From assembly GCA_944363535.1 (NCBI GenBank), contig CALVUG010000004.1, forward strand, positions 1 to 45,655: a stretch of DNA of 45,655 nt, written 5' to 3'. The DNA comes from an uncultured Bacilli bacterium (lineage in GTDB: Bacteria > Bacillota_I > Bacilli_A > RFN20 > CAG-826). Shown here one piece after another: positions 7,332 through 16,416 of this stretch. The notes under the pieces were generated by a model. The model had not been told where the DNA came from, searched no databases, and worked only from the letters and a program-made list of their open reading frames with translations. A program made the position numbers and the translations under genes. Every line of letters starts with the position of its first letter. Positions within the stretch are counted from its first letter, which is position 1.

Positions 7332-8578
7332 TGATTAAGAAAGATTTAAGTATCGAATTCCTCGGTGTGAAATTTAAAAACCCTTTCATGCTTTCTTCTT
7401 CACCAGTCGGCAATTGTTACGATATGTGTGCGAAAGCTTTTAGATCTGGTTGGGGTGGAATTGTTTATAAAACCTTAATTAAAGATCCATGCGATGAATG
7501 TTCGCCACGTTACGATATGTTGACCAAGGAAGCTACTCCTTTCGTTGGTTTTAAGAACATGGAACAACTTACTGAACATCCTTTAGAAGATGATTTAAGA
7601 GATATTACACGCCTTAAAAAAGAATTCCCTGATTGCGTTTTAGTGGCTTCGATTATGGCGGGAAGCGATGAAGATTGGAAAATTTTAGCTAAACAAGTCG
7701 AAGATGCTGGAGCGGATATGATTGAACTTAATTTCTCTTGTCCTCAAATGACCGATACACATCTTGGTTCGGCAATTGGACAAAATCCTGATTTATGTCG
7801 TCAATACTGCAAAGCAGTAAAAAGCGCAACCAAACTTCCTGTTATCGCTAAGATGACACCAAATATTACCGATATGTGCGAAGTAGCACTAGCTAGCATG
7901 GAAGGTGGAGCGGATGCCATCTCTGCTATCAACACGATCAAATCTATTTTAAACGTCGACTTAGATAAAGAAGTAGGCTTACCTATCGTCAATGGCAAAT
8001 CCTCTATTTCCGGTTATTCAGGTAAAGCAGTTAAACCAGTTGCTCTAAGATTTATTCAGCAATTGAGAGATAATCCTAAAACAAGAAATATTCCTATCTC
8101 CGGTATCGGTGGGATTGAGACGTGGCGTGATGCAGCGGAATTTATTTTACTAGGTGCTTCTACTTTACAAGTGACGACCGCTATCATGCAATATGGTTAT
8201 CGTATCATCGATGATTTATGTAATGGTCTCATGCATTATATGGAAGAAAAAGGTGTCGATCATCTTTCTGACTTAGTAGGAAGAGCTAATAAGAATGTTA
8301 TTCCTGCGGAAGAACTTGATCGAGACTTCAAAATTTATCCAAAAATAGATGATGATAAATGTGTTGGTTGTGGAAGATGTTACATCTCTTGTTACGATGG
8401 TTCTCACCAAGCTATGGAATGGGATAAGAAGACGAGAAGACCAACTTGTAACACTGATAAGTGTGTCGGCTGTTTACTTTGTTCCCTAGTCTGTCCTGTT
8501 GGGGCAATATCTAAAGGCGAAGTTGTCTTCAAGCCAGGTCGTGGCAAAGGAAGAAAAACAAAAGACGTTATCATCTAA
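7331..8578 (+). CDS. preA: NAD-dependent dihydropyrimidine dehydrogenase subunit B
   Basis: [26 protein letters not shown]-terminal [11 protein letters not shown] and [12 protein letters not shown] ferredoxin motifs. Confidence 0.93.
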   Translation: MIKKDLSIEFLGVKFKNPFMLSSSPVGNCYDMCAKAFRSGWGGIVYKTLIKDPCDECSPRYDMLTKEATPFVGFKNMEQLTEHPLEDDLRDITRLKKEFPDCVLVASIMAGSDEDWKILAKQVEDAGADMIELNFSCPQMTDTHLGSAIGQNPDLCRQYCKAVKSATKLPVIAKMTPNITDMCEVALASMEGGADAISAINTIKSILNVDLDKEVGLPIVNGKSSISGYSGKAVKPVALRFIQQLRDNPKTRNIPISGIGGIETWRDAAEFILLGASTLQVTTAIMQYGYRIIDDLCNGLMHYMEEKGVDHLSDLVGRANKNVIPAEELDRDFKIYPKIDDDKCVGCGRCYISCYDGSHQAMEWDKKTRRPTCNTDKCVGCLLCSLVCPVGAISKGEVVFKPGRGKGRKTKDVII

Positions 8579-8604
8579 TATTTATCAATTATTAACTTTG
8601 AATT

Positions 8605-8629
8605 AAAAGCACCTTTATGGTGCTTTTTT
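8605..8629 (+). terminator. Intrinsic terminator after preA
   Basis: AAAAGCACC-TTTAT-GGTGCTTTT followed by TT. Confidence 0.8.
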
Positions 8630-8842
8630 GGTATGAACATTAATATTATTACCTATTATATTTATCTTCTTACCAGCATTTTATTCTTATACTTAAAGAA
8701 GAATTTTATATTATCAAGCAATAATCTTTATTTCATACATATCTTTAATCGTGTCAAGATTAAAACTGGTAGCTTACTTCTACAATTTTCTATGATAAAT
8801 AAAATTAGTGTCTTTTATTCTAATCTATTGCATAATTAAGTC

Positions 8843-10066
8843 ATGGCTAAGAAAAATAATCCTTTGATCGAAGATAATTATCAAGAAGAATTATTGGATT
8901 TAACTCAAATTCAAGCGGAGGCAAAAAGATGTCTCAATTGTAAAGCTCCGCGTTGTTCTTTGATGTGTCCAATGCAATGTGAACCACATCGTTTCATTGC
9001 TCTACTTAATAGTGGAAATATTGAAGAAGCAGCAAAATTTGTCTACGAGAAAAATCTTTTAAGTTATATATGCGGCCACATATGTCCAAGTGAAAAATAT
9101 TGTGAGAAAAATTGTTTAAGAGGTAGGATTGATCGCGTTATTAAAGTAAGAGAAATTCATCGATATCTTGCTTCATTAAATAGAAGAGACGAAGAAGAAT
9201 TTCAACCATTAAATAATAAACATGCTTTGATTATCGGCGGTGGGCCAGTGGGCTTAGTGATGGCTCATAAACTTGCAAAACGCGGGTTAAAATCCACTAT
9301 TTTAGAGAAAAGCTCATATTTAGGAGGAGCTTTAAGACAGCAAATTCCTGCTTTTAGATTACCTTCTAGCGTCATCGATCATGATTTAAATCCTTTGTTA
9401 AACGAACGCATCGAAATTAAATTGAAGATGACTTTTGGAAAAGATGTCACTTGCGATGATGTCAAGGACAAATACGATGCAATTATCTTTACGACTGGTT
9501 TAGATAAACCTAGAACTTACGATTTTATGTTGGATCATCCAAAAGTTATTTTGGCGCAGGATTTTTTAAAGATGTGCCGTCACGAAAGAGAAATTACCAC
9601 TTACGATAAAATAGTTGTCATCGGTGGGAGTGATACAGCGATGGATTGTCTCACTAGTGCGAAAAAAATCGCTAGAGAAGTCATCGGGGTGTATCGAAGA
9701 GAAAAAGAAAGATTAAGAGCCAATAAAGAATCTTTGGAGATGGGATTTAAGGCTGCGGATGATTTTATCTTTAATCGTACGCCTATTAGATTTGATGAAG
9801 CAGGGAATATGGTCTTTAAAAATTATTATGGTGAAGAGGAGGAAACTATTCCTGCAAGTTTATACGTTTTAGCTATTGGTGTTCTTATCGATGATAGTTA
9901 TTTAAAAGATTTCTTTGAAATTGAAGATGGTGTCATTAAAAATAAGAAAATATCTAACGTTTTTTACGCTGGCGATATGTCATCTAGTGATAAAACATTA
10001 GTAAGCGCACTTTCTACAGTGGAAGATGTCGTTGATAAAGTTTTGAATTATTTAAATTTAGATTAA
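8843..10066 (+). CDS. PreT/GltD-family FAD and Fe-S oxidoreductase (second paralog)
   Basis: RCLNCKAPRCSLMCP...CGHICPSEKYC; GGGPVG; GGSDTAMDC; VYRRE; same size and architecture as PreT. Confidence 0.85.
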   Translation: MAKKNNPLIEDNYQEELLDLTQIQAEAKRCLNCKAPRCSLMCPMQCEPHRFIALLNSGNIEEAAKFVYEKNLLSYICGHICPSEKYCEKNCLRGRIDRVIKVREIHRYLASLNRRDEEEFQPLNNKHALIIGGGPVGLVMAHKLAKRGLKSTILEKSSYLGGALRQQIPAFRLPSSVIDHDLNPLLNERIEIKLKMTFGKDVTCDDVKDKYDAIIFTTGLDKPRTYDFMLDHPKVILAQDFLKMCRHEREITTYDKIVVIGGSDTAMDCLTSAKKIAREVIGVYRREKERLRANKESLEMGFKAADDFIFNRTPIRFDEAGNMVFKNYYGEEEETIPASLYVLAIGVLIDDSYLKDFFEIEDGVIKNKKISNVFYAGDMSSSDKTLVSALSTVEDVVDKVLNYLNLD

Positions 10067-10090
10067 ATTATTAAACATTTTTTCTATTAG

Positions 10091-10120
10091 TAAAATACTT
10101 ATAAATACTTTATAATACTT
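10091..10120 (+). repeat. Three tandem 10-bp repeats (xxxAATACTT) containing a TATAAT box upstream of hydC
   Basis: TAAAATACTT ATAAATACTT TATAATACTT at 10091-10120. Confidence 0.7.
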
Positions 10121-10161
10121 TTTGTTTAAGAACTAATTTGTTTCTAGGAGGAAATAAGTAC

Positions 10162-10653
10162 ATGGCTTCTTTATCAGCCGGGGCGAAAAAACGCATTTTA
10201 GAAATATGTGCGGAATACAAAGATGAACCGACCCCATTAATTATGATTTTAAGTGAAGTACAAAATGAATTTGGCTACGTTCCACTTGAAGTGCAAGAAA
10301 TTATCGCTAACGAATTAGATATCCCAGTTTCGGATGTTTATGGTGTAGTAACTTTCTATGCTTTCTTCTCTTTAAAACCGAAAGGAAAATATGTCATTGG
10401 TGTCTGTCTAGGTACGGCCTGTTACGTCAAAGGTTCGCAACAAGTGATCGATAAGTTCGCTGAACTTTTAAATACGAAGCCAGGTGGAACTTCCGATGAT
10501 GGTTTATTTTCCCTTGATGCTCTGCGTTGCATTGGCGCGTGCGGTATTGCACCAGCGGTTAACGTAAACGGTAAGGTTTATCCAAAGGTAACTGTGGACC
10601 AAGTTCCCCACATCATCGAGGAATATCGTAAATTAGAAGGAGAAAATTTATGA
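10162..10653 (+). CDS. hydC: [FeFe]-hydrogenase gamma subunit (NuoE-like, [2Fe-2S])
   Basis: VCLGTAC...CIGACGIAP; AGGAGG RBS before the ATG at 10162 (the ORF track start at 10138 is probably too early). Confidence 0.9.
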   Translation: MASLSAGAKKRILEICAEYKDEPTPLIMILSEVQNEFGYVPLEVQEIIANELDIPVSDVYGVVTFYAFFSLKPKGKYVIGVCLGTACYVKGSQQVIDKFAELLNTKPGGTSDDGLFSLDALRCIGACGIAPAVNVNGKVYPKVTVDQVPHIIEEYRKLEGENL

Positions 10654-12515
10654 TCGATTCAACGAAATCATTAAATGAGAAAATCACTCATTGTTCGCAA
10701 TGTTTAAAAAATAAAGTCGAAGGCTTAGATGGAAAACGTGCCGTCGTCGTCTGCGGCGGGACGGGTTGTATGGCATCTCATTCCGAAGAAATTTTGGAAG
10801 AATTTAAAAAGCTCATCGAAGAATATGATTTGCAAGATAAAGTAACAGTGAATCACGTTGGTTGTTTCGGCTTTTGTTCGCAAGGTCCATTCGTCAAAAT
10901 TTTTCCTGAAGATACTTTATACCATGCCGTCAAAGTCGAAGACGTTAGAAAGATTGTCGAAGAGGATTTATTGAATAATCATGTCGTTTCTGAACTATTC
11001 TATGAAGATCCAGCAACGCATCAAAAAGTGCAAAGACAAGATGATATTAATTTCTACAAGAAACAAGTACGTCTAGCGTTACATGGCTGCGGCCATATCA
11101 ATCCTGAAAACATCGATGAGGCTTTAGGTTATGGTGCTTTCCAAGGTTTGGAAAAAGCTTTGAGTATGAAACCACAGGAAGTCATCGACTTAATCTTAAA
11201 GAGCGGTTTAAGAGGTCGTGGTGGAGCAGGCTTCCCTACCGGCCGCAAATGGCAATTTGCTTACGATCAAAAAAATGATACAAAATATGTCGTCTGTAAC
11301 GGCGATGAAGGTGATCCAGGTGCGTTCATGGATCGTTCCATCTTAGAAGGAAATCCCCTTAACGTCATCGAAGGGATGATGATTGCAGGCTACGCGATTG
11401 GAGCGAAGAATGGTTACTTCTACGTCCGTGCGGAATATCCTATCGCTGTGAAGCGCTTAAGAATCGCTATTAAAGAAGCGGAAGAATTAGGTCTAATTGG
11501 TGATCATATCTTAGGTACAGATTTCTCTTTCCACGTCCACATTAGATTAGGGGCTGGGGCTTTCGTCTGCGGTGAAGAAACCGCCTTACTTAATTCAATT
11601 GAAGGTAAAAGAGGTATGCCTCGTCCGCGTCCTCCCTTTCCCGCGATTAGTGGTCTATGGGGTAAACCGACGATCATCAATAACGTCGAAACTTTAGCTT
11701 GTGTTCCTTACATTTTAAGAGAAGGTTTAGAAAACTTTACGAAATATGGAACAGAGAAATCTAAAGGAACGAAAGTGTTTGCTTTAGGTGGAAAAATTAA
11801 TAACGTCGGCTTAGTGGAAGTTCCAATGGGCACGACTTTAAGAGAATTAATTTACGATATCGGTGGCGGTATCCCGAATGGGAAGAAATTTAAAGCTATC
11901 CAAACAGGTGGTCCATCTGGTGGTTGTTTAACTGAAAAAGATTTAGATACCCCAATCGATTTCGATAACCTAGTGGCCAAGGGCTCGATGATGGGCTCGG
12001 GTGGGGCTATCGTCATGGATGAAGATAACTGTATGGTCGACGTCGCTAAATTCTATATGGAATTTATTTGCGATGAATCGTGCGGAAAATGTTCACCTTG
12101 TCGTATCGGTACGAAACGTATCTTAGAAATTTTAAATAAGATTGTAAGAGGTAATGGTACGAGACAAGACCTAGATGATTTATTACATCTTTCTAAGACG
12201 ATCAAAGCTGGTTCGTTATGTGGCTTAGGTCAAACGGCCGCGAATCCAATACTATCGACGACAGCGAACTTCATGGACGAATATTTAGAACATATCGATG
12301 AGAAGAAATGTCGTGCGCACGTTTGTAAACATCTCATGCGTTACGTCATCGATGCGGAAAAATGTAAGAAGTGTTCTTTATGTGCAAGGAATTGTCCTGT
12401 TAACGCTATTAGCGGTGTGGTCGGTAAAGAACCATTCGTCATCGATCAAAATAAGTGTATCAAGTGTGGTATGTGCTTCAGCGCTTGTCGCTTCAAAGCC
12501 ATCAACAAGGAATAA
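10650..12515 (+). CDS. hydB: [FeFe]-hydrogenase beta subunit (NuoF-like, FMN/NADH)
   Basis: GLRGRGGAGFPTG, NGDEGDPGAFMDR, GAFVCGEETAL, GGPSG, CGKCSPCRIG, C-terminal 2x[4Fe-4S]. Confidence 0.92.
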   Translation: MIDSTKSLNEKITHCSQCLKNKVEGLDGKRAVVVCGGTGCMASHSEEILEEFKKLIEEYDLQDKVTVNHVGCFGFCSQGPFVKIFPEDTLYHAVKVEDVRKIVEEDLLNNHVVSELFYEDPATHQKVQRQDDINFYKKQVRLALHGCGHINPENIDEALGYGAFQGLEKALSMKPQEVIDLILKSGLRGRGGAGFPTGRKWQFAYDQKNDTKYVVCNGDEGDPGAFMDRSILEGNPLNVIEGMMIAGYAIGAKNGYFYVRAEYPIAVKRLRIAIKEAEELGLIGDHILGTDFSFHVHIRLGAGAFVCGEETALLNSIEGKRGMPRPRPPFPAISGLWGKPTIINNVETLACVPYILREGLENFTKYGTEKSKGTKVFALGGKINNVGLVEVPMGTTLRELIYDIGGGIPNGKKFKAIQTGGPSGGCLTEKDLDTPIDFDNLVAKGSMMGSGGAIVMDEDNCMVDVAKFYMEFICDESCGKCSPCRIGTKRILEILNKIVRGNGTRQDLDDLLHLSKTIKAGSLCGLGQTAANPILSTTANFMDEYLEHIDEKKCRAHVCKHLMRYVIDAEKCKKCSLCARNCPVNAISGVVGKEPFVIDQNKCIKCGMCFSACRFKAINKE

Positions 12516-12535
12516 GGTAGGAGGAAATAGTCTTT

Positions 12536-14317
12536 ATGGCGTTAGTGAATATTAAAATTGAAGGTCGTCCTTATCAAGTAGAAGAAGGGATGACTATCTT
12601 AGAAGCTTGCCGTTCGGTCGGCTATCGTATTCCTTCCTTATGTACGTTTAATAAAGGGCAATGTTCTAAAGCTTCTTGTAGAGTGTGTCTCGTCGCCGTG
12701 AAGGGGGCAAGAGGGCTCGTCGCATCTTGCGTCTATCCAGTTAACGAAGGCATGGAAATTTCTATTTCTAATATCGATGCCATCGAAGCAAGAAGAGCAA
12801 ACGTGGAATTACTTTTATCTAATCACAACATGAACTGCCAACAATGTGATAAAAATGGTCACTGTGAACTTTTAGAAGTGGCTAAAATTGTCGGGGCAAG
12901 AGAAGGAATGTATCAAGGTGAAAAGACACCGACGACGTTCGATAACCTTTCACCTTCACTAGTGAGAGATACATCTAAATGTATCTTATGTGGAAGATGT
13001 ATCGAAAGATGTAAAGACGCTCAAGGTATTGGTATCTTAGGTTTTGAAAATCGTGGTTTCAATACGATCGTCGCTCCGAGCGGTAATAGAAGTTTTGCGA
13101 CTTCACCTTGCATCCAATGCGGTCAATGCGTGAACGTCTGCCCAACTGGGGCCTTGATGGAACATAGTGAAATTGCCTTAGTGGATAAGGCTTTAAAAGA
13201 AGGTAAGAAAGTCATCGTTCAAACTGCCCCAGCGGTAAGAGCCGCTATCGCAGAAGAATTTGGCGCTAAGATAGGTACCGTCGGAACTGGTAAGATGGTC
13301 GCTGCCCTACATCGTCTTGGTTTCTACCGCGTCTTCGATACGAACTTCGCAGCGGATTTAACGATCATGGAAGAAGCTTACGAATTGTTAGGTAGAATAA
13401 AAAATGGTGGTGTTTTACCACAAATTACTTCTTGTTCGCCTGGTTGGATTAACTACTTAGAATATTATTATCCTGAAGTTATTCCGCACGTTTCATCTTG
13501 TAAATCTCCTCATGAAATGTTAGGGGCCATCATCAAATCTTATTATGCAAAAAATCATGATATCGATCCAAAAGATATCTTCGTCGTAAGCGTCATGCCT
13601 TGCGTCGCTAAAAAATATGAAAAAGATCGTCCCGCGAATCGAGCGGTCGATGGTTTAAAAGATGTAGACGCCGTCATCACGACAAGAGAACTTGCGAAGA
13701 TGATTAAACGTGCTGGTATCGATTGGTCTTATCTTCCTGAAGAAGAATTTGATGATGATTTACTTGGTGAATATACTGGCGCAGGCGTCATCTTTGGTGT
13801 CACTGGTGGCGTCATGGAAGCCGCACTTAGAACCGCTTACTTTGCTTTGACTGGAAAAGAATATCCTCTCATCGAATTTAAGGAAGTAAGAAACGTTTCT
13901 TTATTTAAAGAAGCGAGCATTGAAATCGATGGTAAAGTGATTAAGATTGCTGCTGTTTCAGGTATGAAAAACGCTAAACCATTATTAGAAGATGTCAAAA
14001 ACGGTAAGTCACCATATCACTTCATCGAAATTATGGGTTGTCCTGGTGGCTGCATCAATGGTGGTGGTCAACCTTACGTCCATCCGAATCTTCTTCCTAA
14101 CGAAGAGGCAAATATTTTAGATACTTACATCCAAAAACGCGCAAGAGTCCTCTATAGCGAAGATGAACGTTTAGTCGTAAGACAATCGCACAATAACCCA
14201 GATATCAAACGTCTTTATAAAGACTATCTTGGTGAACCATGTTCCCATTTAGCGCACGAATTATTACATACGCATTACGATGCGCATCGTGAGAAATATC
14301 CGCAGGTGAAAAAATAG
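12536..14317 (+). CDS. hydA: [FeFe]-hydrogenase catalytic subunit (group A, trimeric type)
   Basis: H-cluster motifs TSCSPGW, MPCVAKKYE, EIMGCPGGCINGGGQP; N-terminal [2Fe-2S], His-ligated [4Fe-4S] and 2x[4Fe-4S] motifs. Confidence 0.95.
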   Translation: MALVNIKIEGRPYQVEEGMTILEACRSVGYRIPSLCTFNKGQCSKASCRVCLVAVKGARGLVASCVYPVNEGMEISISNIDAIEARRANVELLLSNHNMNCQQCDKNGHCELLEVAKIVGAREGMYQGEKTPTTFDNLSPSLVRDTSKCILCGRCIERCKDAQGIGILGFENRGFNTIVAPSGNRSFATSPCIQCGQCVNVCPTGALMEHSEIALVDKALKEGKKVIVQTAPAVRAAIAEEFGAKIGTVGTGKMVAALHRLGFYRVFDTNFAADLTIMEEAYELLGRIKNGGVLPQITSCSPGWINYLEYYYPEVIPHVSSCKSPHEMLGAIIKSYYAKNHDIDPKDIFVVSVMPCVAKKYEKDRPANRAVDGLKDVDAVITTRELAKMIKRAGIDWSYLPEEEFDDDLLGEYTGAGVIFGVTGGVMEAALRTAYFALTGKEYPLIEFKEVRNVSLFKEASIEIDGKVIKIAAVSGMKNAKPLLEDVKNGKSPYHFIEIMGCPGGCINGGGQPYVHPNLLPNEEANILDTYIQKRARVLYSEDERLVVRQSHNNPDIKRLYKDYLGEPCSHLAHELLHTHYDAHREKYPQVKK

Positions 14318-14319
14318 TC

Positions 14320-15012
14320 ATGATTAAACACGTTATCTTCGATTTAGATGGCACGCTTCTTGATACGATGAGCGATATGCTTCTTGCGCTTAATTTGACT
14401 GCAAAGAGAGTGTTAAAGAAAAGAAGGGTGCACCGATTTAAAAAGTCCGATGGCGTGTTTTTATACGGTAATGGGCAAAATGTTTTAGTAAGTAGGGCAT
14501 TAGATGAACTTGGTGTGAAAGATTCTTCTATTAAAGAAGAATTTAGAAAAACTTTCTATCAAATTTATGAAGAAAAATCTAACACTTTAACTAAGCCTTA
14601 TCCTTACGTCATCGATACTTTACTAGAACTTAAAAGAAGGGGAATAAATTGTTTTATCCTCTCTAATAAACCCATCAAAATTTTATCAAGAGCGGTCAAT
14701 AAATATTTTAGTGATTCGCTCATCCTTGATTTTGTTGGTTACACCGGTGAAGAACATAAAAAGCCTGATCCACTTTGTTTCTTACCATTAAAAGAAAAAT
14801 ATTCTTTAAAAGAAGAAGAATGTCTTTACGTCGGTGATTCGCTCGTAGATTATATATTCGCTAATAACACGAATATGCACTTGTGCATGGTGATGTATGG
14901 TTACGAAAGTAAACAAAATTTAGATGCCTTAGATAATACTTTTTTCATCCATAGGATGAACGCTCTTACCAAGGTGATCGATTACATCGATTCTTTCGTG
15001 CGAGCAAAATAG
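14320..15012 (+). CDS. HAD-superfamily hydrolase (phosphoglycolate phosphatase-like)
   Basis: FDLDGTLLDT, LSNK, KKPDP, YVGDSLVD motifs. Confidence 0.85.
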   Translation: MIKHVIFDLDGTLLDTMSDMLLALNLTAKRVLKKRRVHRFKKSDGVFLYGNGQNVLVSRALDELGVKDSSIKEEFRKTFYQIYEEKSNTLTKPYPYVIDTLLELKRRGINCFILSNKPIKILSRAVNKYFSDSLILDFVGYTGEEHKKPDPLCFLPLKEKYSLKEEECLYVGDSLVDYIFANNTNMHLCMVMYGYESKQNLDALDNTFFIHRMNALTKVIDYIDSFVRAK

Positions 15013-15050
15013 ATTACATCGACGAATAATTTCGCTAAAATATAGGTGCT

Positions 15051-16400
15051 ATGAAAGATATTTATTTATACAATTCCATCTCTAACAATTTAGAAAAATT
15101 CGTTCCCTTAAAGGAAGGAAAAGTTTCTCTTTACGTCTGTGGCCCGACGGTCTATAACGAACCACACATCGGTAATTTAAGACCGCCTATCGTCTTCGAC
15201 GTCCTTTTTCGTTTCTTAACTTATCTTGGTAACGATGTCACTTACGTTTCTAATTATACGGACGTGGACGATAAAATCATTAACCGGGCGAAAGAATTAA
15301 ATGTCGAACCTTTAAAACTTTCTTCTTTTTACATCGAAGAATTTAAAAAGATGCGTGAGAAGATGAACATCTTACCTCCAACTTATACACCCAAGGTGAG
15401 CGAACATATTCCTGACATCATCGCTTACATCGAAAAATTGATTGAATTAGGTTATGCTTACGTTAACGACGGTGACGTCTATTTTTCCGTCGATAAAATT
15501 AAAGATTATCTTTTGCTTTCTAAGATGAGAAAAGAAGATTTAATCGCTGGGGCAAGAATCGAAGTGAACGAAAAGAAAAGATCACCTCTAGATTTTGCCT
15601 TATGGAAGAAGACGGATGAAAATTTTAATTGGGCTTCACCTTGGTCGAAGGGTAGACCTGGTTGGCACACGGAATGCGTCGTCTTCATCGATGAAATTTT
15701 TAAAGCCCAAGATGGTCTCATCGATATTCATGGTGGGGGCTTTGACTTAAAGTTTCCGCATCACGATAATGAGATGGCGCAAGCTCTAGCGATGCATGCG
15801 CATCATTTAGCGCATTATTGGATGCATAATGGTTTCATCACCTTTGGTAACGATGAAAAGATGTCTAAATCTTTAGGTAACGTCATCACTATTTCCGATG
15901 CATTAAAATTCTACGAGCCTAACGTATTAAGAACTTTTATCCTCTCTAGTTCATATCGTGCACCTATTAGTTACAATGAAATTAACTTGATTAATGCGAA
16001 GAACAATTTTGAAAAAATTGATCATACTTATCATGCTTTATCTTTAAGATTATTATTCTTAGATGATGATTTAAACTATGAAAAAAGTGACGCTATCGAA
16101 GATTTTATCGATGCTTTAAAAGATGATTTAAATACTCCGAATGCTTATAAAGCTATCTTCGATTTAACGAAAGAAATTAATACTTATCTTCATCGTGGTT
16201 TAGATGACGTTAATACTTTAAAAAATTACTACGCTAGGCTAAAGACGATGCTAGATATTTTAGGCTACGCCATGCATACACCGAATGTTTCAAATGAAGA
16301 TAAGTTATTATATAATAGTTATATAACGGCAAAAAAGAACAAAGATTTTGCTAGAAGCGATGCTTTAAGGAACGAACTTTTAAAGAAAGGTCTTTACTGA
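15051..16400 (+). CDS. cysS: Cysteine-tRNA ligase
   Basis: CGPTVY, HIGN, GRPGWHTEC, DIHGGGFDLKFPHH, KMSKS. Confidence 0.97.
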   Translation: MKDIYLYNSISNNLEKFVPLKEGKVSLYVCGPTVYNEPHIGNLRPPIVFDVLFRFLTYLGNDVTYVSNYTDVDDKIINRAKELNVEPLKLSSFYIEEFKKMREKMNILPPTYTPKVSEHIPDIIAYIEKLIELGYAYVNDGDVYFSVDKIKDYLLLSKMRKEDLIAGARIEVNEKKRSPLDFALWKKTDENFNWASPWSKGRPGWHTECVVFIDEIFKAQDGLIDIHGGGFDLKFPHHDNEMAQALAMHAHHLAHYWMHNGFITFGNDEKMSKSLGNVITISDALKFYEPNVLRTFILSSSYRAPISYNEINLINAKNNFEKIDHTYHALSLRLLFLDDDLNYEKSDAIEDFIDALKDDLNTPNAYKAIFDLTKEINTYLHRGLDDVNTLKNYYARLKTMLDILGYAMHTPNVSNEDKLLYNSYITAKKNKDFARSDALRNELLKKGLY

Positions 16401-16416
16401 CCAAGAGGTGGAGATT

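Noticed and set aside
8744-8764. TTTAATC-N7-GATTAAA inverted repeat containing a minus-strand TTGACA
   Set aside because: AT-only arms in an AT-rich spacer, and no matching -10 for an antisense promoter.
8633-8839. 68-aa ORF between preA and the PreT paralog
   Set aside because: Very AT-rich, no RBS, low-complexity I/L/F/N content, and it overlaps the likely promoter of the next gene.
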